Shown: positions 19,008-28,403 of the stretch, one piece after another | How positions within the stretch are numbered: position 1 is the first letter of the stretch | Layout: each line of letters starts with the position of its first letter | Source of the DNA: Escherichia phage vB_EcoM_LNA2 | DNA length: 64,000 bases | Reading direction: 5' to 3' (one strand) | Sequence record: MZ311865.1 | Notes under the pieces: model-generated | Seen by the model: only the letters and a program-made list of their open reading frames with translations | Told to the model about the DNA's origin: nothing | The model's database searches: none | Translations under genes and position numbers: made by a program

Positions 19008-19955
19008 TTATTCTGCAAATAATTCAGTAACGTCTGAAATTACTTCATAACGACAAGTACGCATCTTAGCATCGCCATAGTCAACTGGGATAGATACAAC
19101 ATCACGTGGATGAACTTTAACCTTCACAACTTTATCTGAGCTTGAACCAAAGTGGCGAATATAAGATTTAGCACAAACGTGGAGACCGCGAGAACAGGTT
19201 TGAGTATCATCGTCGTTAACTCGAGTACGAGGCATTGAAACAACTTTACCTGGGGAGTTATCAAACGTACCACTATAGCAGTCTAAATAGTCCTTACGAA
19301 CTACTTTCCACGCATAGAAATGACCATCTTCAGTGATTTCAATATCGTTTGCAACCAAGAAGTCGAATAAACGTTGTACAGCTTTTTCGCTTGGGTTTTC
19401 TAACAGGTTTTCAAGGAATGGCAGATAGAATTTAAAGTCTTCACCTTTTTCCATGGAATCAATAATACGGTTAACCAGCCCTGAACGAATCTCTATACCT
19501 TGATAAAATAAACTACCACCTTCAATAACAACATTACCGTCAACAAACTTACTAATAGCTTTCTTGATGTTAATAAGTTCGACAGCTTTACTAAGGTTTC
19601 CTGCGACCAAATTAGCTTTAATTTCTTCAAAATTTGCATGACTTGATGGAGTCGCATTGTATGCTACGCGTCCTTCAATAATTGAAATAAATTTAGATGA
19701 CGCGTTCCATATGATTTCAGGACGATGTCCGCCGATAATAGGTTCATCATTTTCTGGAACTTCTTCGATTACATAAGAGGCATCGTTTGCTTCAGGGACA
19801 ACGCCTTCTGCTTTAAAATTCTTAACAATCTTACGAAGAGTATCTGTTGAAATGTCGAAGTAATCGGCAATTTCTTTACGAGTCCATTTGCCTGATTCAA
19901 CCAGGCCATAAGCTTCTAACTGTTCTTCTTGGGACAAGCATTTGATATTGTACAT
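19008..19955 (-). CDS. rIIB: rapid-lysis/lysis-inhibition protein rIIB
   Basis: 315 aa; MYNIKCLSQEEQ... and C-terminal FYAWKVVR...TQTCSRGLHVC.KSYIRHFGSS match recalled T4 rIIB. Confidence 0.9.
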   Translation of the reverse strand: MYNIKCLSQEEQLEAYGLVESGKWTRKEIADYFDISTDTLRKIVKNFKAEGVVPEANDASYVIEEVPENDEPIIGGHRPEIIWNASSKFISIIEGRVAYNATPSSHANFEEIKANLVAGNLSKAVELINIKKAISKFVDGNVVIEGGSLFYQGIEIRSGLVNRIIDSMEKGEDFKFYLPFLENLLENPSEKAVQRLFDFLVANDIEITEDGHFYAWKVVRKDYLDCYSGTFDNSPGKVVSMPRTRVNDDDTQTCSRGLHVCAKSYIRHFGSSSDKVVKVKVHPRDVVSIPVDYGDAKMRTCRYEVISDVTELFAE

Positions 19956-19964
19956 AATGTTTCC

Positions 19965-22178
19965 TTATTTGGCCGCTTCCACGGCCTTCATGAATTTAAC
20001 GATTTGAGCGACCTGTTCTTTAGAAAGAGTACCACGTCGTCCCATGTATTCTGACACAATATGATAATTGGTTTCAAATTCAATAACCATTTTATCATCA
20101 TTATCGTAAGCATTATCTTTAAGCTTATCGAAAATTTTAGCACACAATTCTAACTTCTTATTCAGATCTCTGTTAGTAGCACCCGAGAATCGATTCCAAC
20201 CCCAACGATTATTTACTGTTGAAAGTTTTGCAAAATCTTTACTGATTTCTTTGTTCTTAGAGCTAAAATACTTACTAAGGAAGTTAAGCTCTTCATTACG
20301 AGTAATATGATTCAAATAAGGCTGTGCTCTACGACTTGGTGATACATACTCATCATAATCCACTTTATCAATTAGCGTAATATAGTCGTTAATTGATTTT
20401 TCGAACAAGCATTCTACTTCACCAAGTTTACGAACTTTCTTAGCAATCTGTGGACGAACTACAGTGAACTCTTTAATACCTGACAAATCAGCAATACGGG
20501 TCAAGAAATTGGAGTCATAGTTCAACCAACCTTTATCTGCGTCAAGACATTCAGCATTAGAACGATTACGAACTATAGCATAACCTTGGATTTCATCAGC
20601 TTCACTCGCTGGAATAAAGAGATCTTCTAATACCCAAACATCGTTTTCATTCTTAAAGAACCGATGAGCACTTGGAGATTTAGGACGAGGCTCATTAGTT
20701 CGTTTCCTGACTTCAATCCATGGTTTAACGATTTGTAAAAGCTCTGAAGTCTTGTACATGTTAATGCTATCGCCATCAAAGATAACTTTAAGGCGTTCCA
20801 GAAGTTTCATTGCATCTTCGTCTGTAGGGTCAACGAATAGTACGCTTTTACCAAAACCGCGTGGAACTTTACCGGTTAATTTAACCTCGTCTTTAGACAT
20901 TTCAATTGAATTAAGAGCTCGCATTAATGGAACGCGTCCCTTAACGTCGTCAATAACAATTTCAACGTTTTTAATGTTAATGCCAATCAGACTGTTAATT
21001 GAAATGGTTGCCGTTGAGCTACCGCTTTCACGAATACGACGAAGACGAGGGGATTCAACGATATCGTATACGACACCAAGATTACACCACTCAGGCCCCA
21101 TTTTAAAACGTTTGTACAACTCAGAATAAGTTAGTTGTTCTTTAGAGTATTTCAGTGATTCAATATTAGACCCGGCCTTTTCCATGTATTTACGAGCGGT
21201 ATAGCCAAGAGAATCAATTTCACGGAACACATGACGTGGGTATTTACAATCAATCCATTTCTTAGAATCTTCAGCAAATAATTTTGCATCGATTTCTGCA
21301 ACACGTTTATGGATATTTGCTACTGTACGTTTATCAAATGACAATGCTTCACGAGACGGGGCTACATCTAGTTCACCCATAGGGAATTTAATATAAGCTG
21401 TAGTGCATCGCGTCATCATCCATGTTTGTTCTTTAATAACACTTCCGATTGGATATACAATACCACCATAAACAGCCATGATATTACCACGTTCACCCCA
21501 TGGAGCTTCCTTGGCCAAATATACATCGTCAAATTCTGGGAAGTATTTGATATCTTTAACACCGCGAACTTCTGCAATATCACCTAGAGGACGCATAACA
21601 TATGCAATTTCAGATGCGAACTTTTCAAAATCTTCTGGGTTAACCGGTACAACTACTTCTACACCCGTACGGTCATCAGGGCCCATCTTATCTACAAAGG
21701 TTGGCTTAATCTGTGGACCACTGTCATCTTGGTAGATTACGTAACCACGAACTTCACCATTGTGATAAGACGTAAGGTTAAACGTATCAGTATATGCTAG
21801 CGGAGCTTTAGAGCCGAGTCCGAATCCACCAATGAAATCGTTACTCGATGTTTTAGTTGAAGCAAAATATGAGTTATAGATTCCTGGCTCTTCGTCATTA
21901 CCTCGAATGGTGAAATCACTCATACCAGGACCAAAGTCTCGAACTACAAAACGTGGGTCTAAACGACCTGGAGCCTGAACAATAAACTTATCAGTGCAAC
22001 CGTTAAGAATTTGTCCATCGATACAGTTTGTAATTAATTCACGTACACAAGCCAATTCTTTGTTTGTATAAAGGTCATTAGACAAAATCTTATAAACTTT
22101 GCTATTGCCTTGAATAGTAAATGCTGTGCTCTTACCGCCTGAACCAATAATCGTTTCTTTAGCCGTTTCAATAATCAT
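19965..22178 (-). CDS. rIIA: rIIA protein
   Basis: 737 aa; MIIETAKETIIGSGGKS...ELITNCIDGQILNG (GHKL-like N-term) matches recalled T4 rIIA. Confidence 0.9.
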   Translation of the reverse strand: MIIETAKETIIGSGGKSTAFTIQGNSKVYKILSNDLYTNKELACVRELITNCIDGQILNGCTDKFIVQAPGRLDPRFVVRDFGPGMSDFTIRGNDEEPGIYNSYFASTKTSSNDFIGGFGLGSKAPLAYTDTFNLTSYHNGEVRGYVIYQDDSGPQIKPTFVDKMGPDDRTGVEVVVPVNPEDFEKFASEIAYVMRPLGDIAEVRGVKDIKYFPEFDDVYLAKEAPWGERGNIMAVYGGIVYPIGSVIKEQTWMMTRCTTAYIKFPMGELDVAPSREALSFDKRTVANIHKRVAEIDAKLFAEDSKKWIDCKYPRHVFREIDSLGYTARKYMEKAGSNIESLKYSKEQLTYSELYKRFKMGPEWCNLGVVYDIVESPRLRRIRESGSSTATISINSLIGINIKNVEIVIDDVKGRVPLMRALNSIEMSKDEVKLTGKVPRGFGKSVLFVDPTDEDAMKLLERLKVIFDGDSINMYKTSELLQIVKPWIEVRKRTNEPRPKSPSAHRFFKNENDVWVLEDLFIPASEADEIQGYAIVRNRSNAECLDADKGWLNYDSNFLTRIADLSGIKEFTVVRPQIAKKVRKLGEVECLFEKSINDYITLIDKVDYDEYVSPSRRAQPYLNHITRNEELNFLSKYFSSKNKEISKDFAKLSTVNNRWGWNRFSGATNRDLNKKLELCAKIFDKLKDNAYDNDDKMVIEFETNYHIVSEYMGRRGTLSKEQVAQIVKFMKAVEAAK

Positions 22179-22190
22179 ATTTTTCTCTCA

Positions 22191-22391
22191 TCACAAGTTA
22201 CGTTTAAAAATTTCTGCCACTTCGAGAAGTTCTTCTTTAGTAGCTGTATCGGTTTGTATTTTATATCGAATTTCTTTAAAGCGTTCTTTAAAGGACTCTG
22301 CTGACTCGATATCAAAAAATCTTTGGATAAGCCGGAATTCCCGGAGCACTGCTTTATCAAAAAGTTCCAAGTCCACGTTATATGTTCTCAT
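22191..22391 (-). CDS. hypothetical protein (rIIA.1 position)
   Basis: 66-aa ORF immediately upstream of rIIA. Confidence 0.5.
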   Translation of the reverse strand: MRTYNVDLELFDKAVLREFRLIQRFFDIESAESFKERFKEIRYKIQTDTATKEELLEVAEIFKRNL

Positions 22392-22483
22392 AATATTCTC
22401 TTCAGTAGATTCCTAGGGCACTATTACTAAAGACCATATAATCTATCATCTTATGTGTAATAGTGCCTCAGGCTATTCAGGAT

Positions 22484-23584
22484 TTACGCTGTGAAGATTT
22501 TATCCCACATCGCAACAACTGCATCTCGATTATACTTCTTCCATACTGCTTCAGCACGTTTAACTCGAGCTTCGTATGTGTCAGTGAATTCTAATACAGC
22601 TTTTGTGTAAAGCGCAACTACTTCTTTCTTAGGAGTAGAGGAATCAATTTCTACACGCACAGTATCTGGGTCGTATTCGAATGTCGCATGAGGATAATCC
22701 TTAAAAACTAACTGGATTACAGGGACACCTTTAGAGATGGCTTCAATAGAACTATTCTCTACCGTACCTGTGTCAGGACACGTATTAATAAGTGCTTTAG
22801 CTGTTTTAAGACGTTCCATAATTTCACTGTGTGGAGCATCAATAATAACAGGATATTTAGCCGGTGGCGCCCATTTACTAGGACAGTATCCTACACCATT
22901 TTCGCCTAGTGCTTTAATCGCTTCAAGAGCAACATCAGTACGACGCATTTTAGTGTCATAACGTTGTGCACTAATAATCAGATCCGTCGCCGGAAGAACT
23001 TCTGGCTTTTCAGTCAAACAAATAACCGGATAATCTTCGGCTTCAAACAACGGATTTGCTCGCCAATAATCATAATCAATTTTGTCAGTCAGACCTGAAG
23101 TCATATAACAATATTTGCGTTCAAATTCACGGAAGGCTTTAGTAGGAGCATAGCTCTTCCCACCATTCTTATGAATTTGAATAGTCTGGTCCCAAATTTG
23201 AACAATGCCACGAGATACTGGTTCAAATGGTGTTGCCATAAAATTCTTATGAACTTTAGAGAGACCTGCGTCTTTAATTGCCTGAACGGTTAGTTTAGTC
23301 GGTTCCATAGTAACAACAAAATCGTATTCATGGATGCCGGCTAGTTCAACAATCTTACGAGCCATAGTATAACTCATACCTAGACTGAATTTTGTCAGAT
23401 GACCAACAGGATGATGATTAACTTTCCAATCACCAAATGTGTCATTATCAAAACCGATATAATCAATATCAGCACCGATGGACACAAGATATTTCAACAC
23501 GTTCAAATGAACCGCTTCAAGACCACCTTGTACACGTTCTGGGTTAAATGGGACTGCACGAGATGGGATAAACATAACTTTCAT
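22484..23584 (-). CDS. GT-B fold glycosyltransferase, candidate hmC-DNA (arabinosyl)transferase
   Basis: 366 aa; C-terminal GTVENSSIEAISKGVPVI resembles GT-B donor-binding motif; occupies T4 gene 60/mobA slot between rIIA.1 and 39. Confidence 0.6.
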   Translation of the reverse strand: MKVMFIPSRAVPFNPERVQGGLEAVHLNVLKYLVSIGADIDYIGFDNDTFGDWKVNHHPVGHLTKFSLGMSYTMARKIVELAGIHEYDFVVTMEPTKLTVQAIKDAGLSKVHKNFMATPFEPVSRGIVQIWDQTIQIHKNGGKSYAPTKAFREFERKYCYMTSGLTDKIDYDYWRANPLFEAEDYPVICLTEKPEVLPATDLIISAQRYDTKMRRTDVALEAIKALGENGVGYCPSKWAPPAKYPVIIDAPHSEIMERLKTAKALINTCPDTGTVENSSIEAISKGVPVIQLVFKDYPHATFEYDPDTVRVEIDSSTPKKEVVALYTKAVLEFTDTYEARVKRAEAVWKKYNRDAVVAMWDKIFTA

Positions 23585-23610
23585 AATTAAGCCTTATTAA
23601 AATTAAAATG

Positions 23611-23628
23611 AAGCTCCCGAAGGAGCTT
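23611..23628 (-). terminator. UUCG-tetraloop RNA hairpin at 3' end of gene 39
   Basis: Plus AAGCTCC-CGAA-GGAGCTT; on minus strand followed by A/T-rich run. Confidence 0.45.
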
Positions 23629-25444
23629 AGGACATCCATTCTTTACGAAGTTCTGAATCATCACCCATCAACATTTCAAAGAGTTCTTTCCAATTTTCAG
23701 GAAGTTTAACTACGTCGTACACAGGGTTCTGAATCATTTCACGATATTCTGACTTTTCAAGGGAGCCTAATCCCTTGATGTATCGAATACTGTGCTTAGG
23801 CAGTGTATCTTTAACTTCTTCGTACTCAGCCACAGTATAAAACCATTTTTGAGTTTTGCCAATTTGTGCAATAATTACAGGCGTTTTAACAAAGCGAATA
23901 CGTCCTTGTTCAAACAATTCAGGCCAATTACTAAAGAAAGCAAGCAAAGCCGGATAGATACTTCCAAGACCGTCATGATCGGCATCGGTCATAATTGCAA
24001 TATTACGATAGTTCGTATTCTCTGCCTTTTCACCAAGAATAAGACCCGTGATAGCACAGATATCAAAGAGCTCTTTGTTCTTCATCATATCAGCATATGA
24101 CATACCCCAGCTATTCATCACCTTACCACGTAATGGGAATCCACCGTGTAGTTCACGGTCACGAACATCAATGAGATAACCAATTGCCGAATCACCTTCT
24201 GTTAAGAACAATGTCGTATCTGCATCTTTACCGCATTGGTTAGCTTTAATATGCTTATGAACCTTAGCTTTAGTTGCCTTTTTAGCTGCTTTAGTTTCTG
24301 CAGCCTTTTCTGCTGCCAATTTACGAGCTAATGCTGCTTCAACAATAGGCATAATCAAGGCTTCGTTTTTAAGAAGTGCCTGAGCAATTTTCTTAGCATC
24401 TAATTGGATATGATTACGAATATCACCATACGTTGACGTTAAACGTTCTTTAGTCTGAGAATCAAAACGCATGTTGCTCATGTCTCTAATAAACATCAAC
24501 ATTGTGAGACATTCTTTAACACGAGCTTTAGTGACTTCAATACCCTTATATTTCTTTTTAATACCAGGCAAAAGATGTTCGCAGATATCATCCATTACAC
24601 ATTCAACATGATGACCACCATTTTTAGTATGGATGTTATTCACGTAAGTTAAATGACGGAAGCCATCTGGTGATGTTGTGAATGCCATAGAGACTCTATC
24701 GTTTTCTTGAATGATGTTATCTTCGCCAAATTGTTTAGCAAATCGTTTAAAATTACCATCAACCTTTTTACCATTAAATGTGAACTTGATATCAGGATAA
24801 ACGACTGCCAATGTTTGAAGTCGGTCTAAAGTAATATCTAAATAAATTTGAGATAAATTATGCTCTTCAAATGAAGAGAAATCAGGAGTGAAGATTACTT
24901 TAGTGCCTTTACCTTTAGATTTCTTAGAAGACCATGATTTGTTTTCCATTCCGTTTGAACAGTTAACAGTGATTTCATTTTCGCCATCTGACGTGATGCC
25001 TGTAAACAACGTAGAGAAGATATTAGTTAAACTACTCCCGACGCCGTTCATACCACCAGTCTTGCGTTCAGAGTCATCACCAAAGTTACCACCAGCCTTT
25101 GGAATAGTCCAGGCTGCTACAGGCCCAGGAATTTGTTCACCTGTTTGGTCGGTAACTAAACCTTGAGGAATACCACGTCCGTTATCTTCCACTGAGACTT
25201 GATTATTTTTAATTTGCACATCGATTTTATTTGCAAACTTAAATGATGTACGAATAGCTTCATCAACCGAGTTGTCAATAATCTCATCGATTAATTTAAC
25301 CAGACCAGGAACATATTCAACTTGTTGATATTTGCCAAACAAAAAACGCTCATGTGCTTCTTTAGCAGAAGAACCAATATACATACCACTACGTTTCTTA
25401 ATATGTTCTACATCTGACAATACCTTAATTTCATTTTTAATCAT
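23627..25444 (-). CDS. 39: DNA topoisomerase II large subunit, fused gp39+gp60
   Basis: 605 aa GyrB-like ATPase (MIKNEIKVLSDVEHIKKRSGMYIGSS...); continuous ORF, unlike T4 split genes 39 and 60. Confidence 0.9.
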   Translation of the reverse strand: MIKNEIKVLSDVEHIKKRSGMYIGSSAKEAHERFLFGKYQQVEYVPGLVKLIDEIIDNSVDEAIRTSFKFANKIDVQIKNNQVSVEDNGRGIPQGLVTDQTGEQIPGPVAAWTIPKAGGNFGDDSERKTGGMNGVGSSLTNIFSTLFTGITSDGENEITVNCSNGMENKSWSSKKSKGKGTKVIFTPDFSSFEEHNLSQIYLDITLDRLQTLAVVYPDIKFTFNGKKVDGNFKRFAKQFGEDNIIQENDRVSMAFTTSPDGFRHLTYVNNIHTKNGGHHVECVMDDICEHLLPGIKKKYKGIEVTKARVKECLTMLMFIRDMSNMRFDSQTKERLTSTYGDIRNHIQLDAKKIAQALLKNEALIMPIVEAALARKLAAEKAAETKAAKKATKAKVHKHIKANQCGKDADTTLFLTEGDSAIGYLIDVRDRELHGGFPLRGKVMNSWGMSYADMMKNKELFDICAITGLILGEKAENTNYRNIAIMTDADHDGLGSIYPALLAFFSNWPELFEQGRIRFVKTPVIIAQIGKTQKWFYTVAEYEEVKDTLPKHSIRYIKGLGSLEKSEYREMIQNPVYDVVKLPENWKELFEMLMGDDSELRKEWMS

Positions 25445-25485
25445 GTTGTCTCCTCGTTATGAAGGTATTCTATCATCCGAAATCT

Positions 25486-25507
25486 AAAGCAAAAAGGGCC
25501 GAAGCCC
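25486..25507 (-). terminator. short UUCG hairpin + U-run
   Basis: Plus GGGC-CGAA-GCCC preceded by AAAAA; minus strand hairpin then TTTTT. Confidence 0.4.
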
Positions 25508-25951
25508 TTATTTAAATTTAATTTTCTGAAGTGCATCAATTGCAGCTAAACGCCCTTGTTCACTTTTAACTGTAATGACCACATCGCCTGATACGATCAC
25601 CGAACCATCAACAAATTCTATAGAGCCTTTTTTGAAATCGACAGCTGTATCTGGTTCCGGAACTTCTTCAAAGAATTTAAATTCTGCACCATAAATCAGA
25701 ATATCACCTTGCATACTAATGATTGTACGTCTAGGTCCATCGGTTTCAGCGGCAATCATTGAAACACCATAACCAATCATCTCTTCTACAATAAAATCTC
25801 TTGATAATAAAACTGTATGCAGAGTAGTGTTAAGACGTTTACCAGTTGTATTAAGAATTCTCAAGAAATTATCTTCTTGACCTTTGATAATACGATATTT
25901 CTTACCAACTTCAAAACCTTTAAAACCTTTAAAAGCCGTATTAAAAGCCAT
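25508..25951 (-). CDS. hypothetical early protein
   Basis: 147-aa ORF downstream of gene 39. Confidence 0.5.
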   Translation of the reverse strand: MAFNTAFKGFKGFEVGKKYRIIKGQEDNFLRILNTTGKRLNTTLHTVLLSRDFIVEEMIGYGVSMIAAETDGPRRTIISMQGDILIYGAEFKFFEEVPEPDTAVDFKKGSIEFVDGSVIVSGDVVITVKSEQGRLAAIDALQKIKFK

Positions 25952-25953
25952 AA

Positions 25954-26133
25954 TTAACCCTTCTTAAGTAAGTCGTAAAAACCACCGTTCACATGTTTAG
26001 GAGCAGAAACCCGACGAGTAGACAGACGATGACATTCAGGGCAAACATCGTTTTCTCGTTCAGAAATCCTTTTAATTTTTTCATATTCATGACCACAATC
26101 TTCAGATTGACATTTATAGTCGTATAACGGCAT
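25954..26133 (-). CDS. FmdB-like zinc-ribbon protein (59 aa)
   Basis: Hand-translated [59 protein letters not shown]; CxxC...CPxC ribbon; not in ORF track (<60 aa). Confidence 0.45.
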   Translation of the reverse strand: MPLYDYKCQSEDCGHEYEKIKRISERENDVCPECHRLSTRRVSAPKHVNGGFYDLLKKG

Positions 26134-26546
26134 TATTGTTCCTTAAAGTGAGCTTTCAACATTTGATACAAAGACCATGCCTGGTCGTTATTTTCGATAG
26201 TAATCGTCATCACCGGAAATTCAGACAATTCATCAAGTTCACCAGAATCTTGCTCTTCAGACTCTTGATACGGATTTCCAACTTCGTCAAAGAACTCTGC
26301 TTCATTCGTGGAGAGCCAGATAAAGTTTTCATCAAGGATGTCACCGCCTGTTGCGTATCCAACCATGCCAGTAGATGTCACAATTTTAGTAGGACGACCA
26401 AGATGGTCAACATCTAATATTTTAAATGGTTCCATGCCAAGACGTCGTGCGTAAATCCCATTATCAGTGTGGTCTTTAATAAACTCTTCTTGGGCACGTT
26501 TATCTTTAAATTGGTACCATGAGTTAACGCGGAATTTATTAGCCAT
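26133..26546 (-). CDS. hypothetical early protein
   Basis: Track ORF 26133..26564; ATG 26544-26546 gives TAATG coupling with upstream gene; 137 aa, acidic. Confidence 0.45.
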   Translation of the reverse strand: MANKFRVNSWYQFKDKRAQEEFIKDHTDNGIYARRLGMEPFKILDVDHLGRPTKIVTSTGMVGYATGGDILDENFIWLSTNEAEFFDEVGNPYQESEEQDSGELDELSEFPVMTITIENNDQAWSLYQMLKAHFKEQ

Positions 26547-26773
26547 TAGTAAGTTTCCTTCCAATAAGTTGTACCATTTTCAGTGATTTCACGGAAGATA
26601 CCATAGATAGGCATTTCGTCACCGAGTTTTTCGTAAACGTAAACCACTTCAGTGTAGCATAAAAATTCAGTCCAGTTTTTCTGTACAACAACTAAATCAG
26701 GATTAAACAGAACATCTTCAAACTCATCGATGTTTGAATCAGTAGTTACGTTTTTAATGATTTGACGTTTCAT
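26546..26773 (-). CDS. hypothetical early protein
   Basis: Track ORF 26546..26818; internal ATG 26771-26773 with GAGGAGAA SD lies downstream of promoter 26802-26830. Confidence 0.45.
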   Translation of the reverse strand: MKRQIIKNVTTDSNIDEFEDVLFNPDLVVVQKNWTEFLCYTEVVYVYEKLGDEMPIYGIFREITENGTTYWKETY

Positions 26774-26801
26774 AATATTCTCCTCTTGTTTTGATAGGTC
26801 T

Positions 26802-26830
26802 ATAGTATCATAGACCATAGTTGTTGTACA
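26802..26830 (-). promoter_or_regulatory. early promoter (TGTACA-N17-TACTAT) within stem-loop
   Basis: Plus GGTCTA-tagtatca-TAGACC inverted repeat encloses the -10. Confidence 0.4.
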
Positions 26831-27355
26831 TCATTTTAGCAAAATAAAATCAACTTGTTCTGCCAATGAACGTCTGAACATTAATTGACAACTTCCGAGG
26901 ATGAAATCAGGTGCTTCATAGACCGCGATGTAGTATCCTTTAGCTTTCAAGAGTTCAACATCCACCTGGTCATCAAACCATGCATAAACCGCGTCAACAC
27001 TTTCAAATCCAAAATAGAACTCTTGAGCCCAATCTTCGCTCAATTCAAATGTGTGCTCAATTCTATAGTATCTTAAGATATTTTGTTCAAGGAGTTTGTC
27101 TTCATTTACTGTAGGACGATTAGGGACATTATAGTTGTCGCCATGATGGTAGAAGTTACCTGAGAGTATTCCATGCTTATCAAGGAACTCCCATGTTTCT
27201 TCAGAGTTGTCGGTGCCCGACCAACCGTATGGCGAACGAGGTTCTTTATTCCAAGAGGTTTCCCAAATTCTGACGGCTTTACCGTCTTCAATAGCAATTC
27301 CTGGTAATGATTCACGTTGAGTACAAAAACTACGTTCTACGCGGTAAACTAACAT
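26831..27355 (-). CDS. hypothetical early protein
   Basis: 174-aa ORF; 5' UTR carries 12-bp inverted repeat that would pair with the SD. Confidence 0.5.
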   Translation of the reverse strand: MLVYRVERSFCTQRESLPGIAIEDGKAVRIWETSWNKEPRSPYGWSGTDNSEETWEFLDKHGILSGNFYHHGDNYNVPNRPTVNEDKLLEQNILRYYRIEHTFELSEDWAQEFYFGFESVDAVYAWFDDQVDVELLKAKGYYIAVYEAPDFILGSCQLMFRRSLAEQVDFILLK

Positions 27356-27360
27356 ATTAT

Positions 27361-27410
27361 TCTCCTCTGGTTGATATGGTTATAATATCAAAACCAGAGG
27401 AGAAGTAAAC
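27361..27410 (-). promoter_or_regulatory. promoter-in-stem-loop module: 12-bp inverted repeat sequestering SD + internal early promoter
   Basis: TCTCCTCTGGTT (27361-27372) / AACCAGAGGAGA (27392-27403) perfect inverted repeat; GTTTAC 27405-27410; -10 at 27381-27386 in loop. Confidence 0.5.
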
Positions 27411-27414
27411 AACT

Positions 27415-27834
27415 TTATGCAAAAGATGCTGGACAATATTTTTTGATTTGGAACTCAGGAACTACCATGAACTGTCCAGCAAAAACAATGTTATAAAGCT
27501 TGACTCCATCTTCAACCCATTGGTCACTGATGAACCCAGCGACTTGATTCGTTGTCCACGGTGTTCCATCTGTCGCAGAGGCAATGGTGAACTTGTGGTC
27601 TTTTACAACTAAAACCGATCTGCACAGTTTCCATTTGAACGCTTTTTCTTCCGGTTCAATGAATTGGCTTTTAACGTAACCAATGTTACCATCGGCGTCA
27701 CGAACTTTAACTTCGTTACGTCCAAAAACAGGATCACTCACATAAAGAACTTCAACCAACTTCCCGGCAACTTTAGAGCGAGAAGCATCCGATACGTGTA
27801 CATAATCACCAATAGAGAGATTTGCAATATTCAT
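27415..27834 (-). CDS. paralog family member A (139 aa), unknown function
   Basis: Shares C-terminal motif GFISDQWVEDG.KLYNIVF.G.F.VV with next two ORFs. Confidence 0.55.
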   Translation of the reverse strand: MNIANLSIGDYVHVSDASRSKVAGKLVEVLYVSDPVFGRNEVKVRDADGNIGYVKSQFIEPEEKAFKWKLCRSVLVVKDHKFTIASATDGTPWTTNQVAGFISDQWVEDGVKLYNIVFAGQFMVVPEFQIKKYCPASFA

Positions 27835-27843
27835 AATAATTCC

Positions 27844-28341
27844 TTAAGCTTTACGAGGAGACACATAGCGAGTGATTTCAGATTCTTCAACAACTCGGAA
27901 GTCACCTAAGAATACAATATTGTATAGCTTTTTACCATCTTCAACCCATTGGTCGCTGATGAAGCCGCACATAGTATCAGTTTTGCTTGGATAACCGTAT
28001 TCGTCGATGTAATCAAATTCTTTATCGGTTATAAATTCAACGCCTTTGCAAAGGGCCCATTTGAACTGTGTAGTAGGCTCAACGATATCGCTTGAAGCAA
28101 AGTGTGCAGGTGCAACTTCTTCGCTTGAAGCAAATTGGACTCGTATATGTTTTTCCAGGAATTTAGGACTTACGTAAGCATACTGGGCATCTTGTCCGCC
28201 AAAACTGGGGATGATTCGAACTTTAACTTCTTTAACACGTCCCATGCCGTTAGTACGAAGCCCTGCTACTTCAACCAGACGACCTGCAGCTTTAGAACGA
28301 GAAGCAGGAGATACACGAAGGATTTCACCAATAGTAATCAT
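27844..28341 (-). CDS. paralog family member B (165 aa), unknown function
   Basis: Track ORF 27844..28404; start moved to ATG 28339-28341 (MITIGEIL...) because promoter 28372-28402 lies inside the longer ORF. Confidence 0.55.
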   Translation of the reverse strand: MITIGEILRVSPASRSKAAGRLVEVAGLRTNGMGRVKEVKVRIIPSFGGQDAQYAYVSPKFLEKHIRVQFASSEEVAPAHFASSDIVEPTTQFKWALCKGVEFITDKEFDYIDEYGYPSKTDTMCGFISDQWVEDGKKLYNIVFLGDFRVVEESEITRYVSPRKA

Positions 28342-28371
28342 ATTTTTTCTCTCTTTGTTTAAGTTGAATTC

Positions 28372-28402
28372 ATTATACTCCATCCATCCTTGGATGTAAA
28401 AC
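28372..28402 (-). promoter_or_regulatory. T4-type early promoter (TTTACA-N17-TATAAT)
   Basis: Minus strand GTTTTACatccaaggatggatggagTATAAT. Confidence 0.5.
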
Positions 28403-28403
28403 A

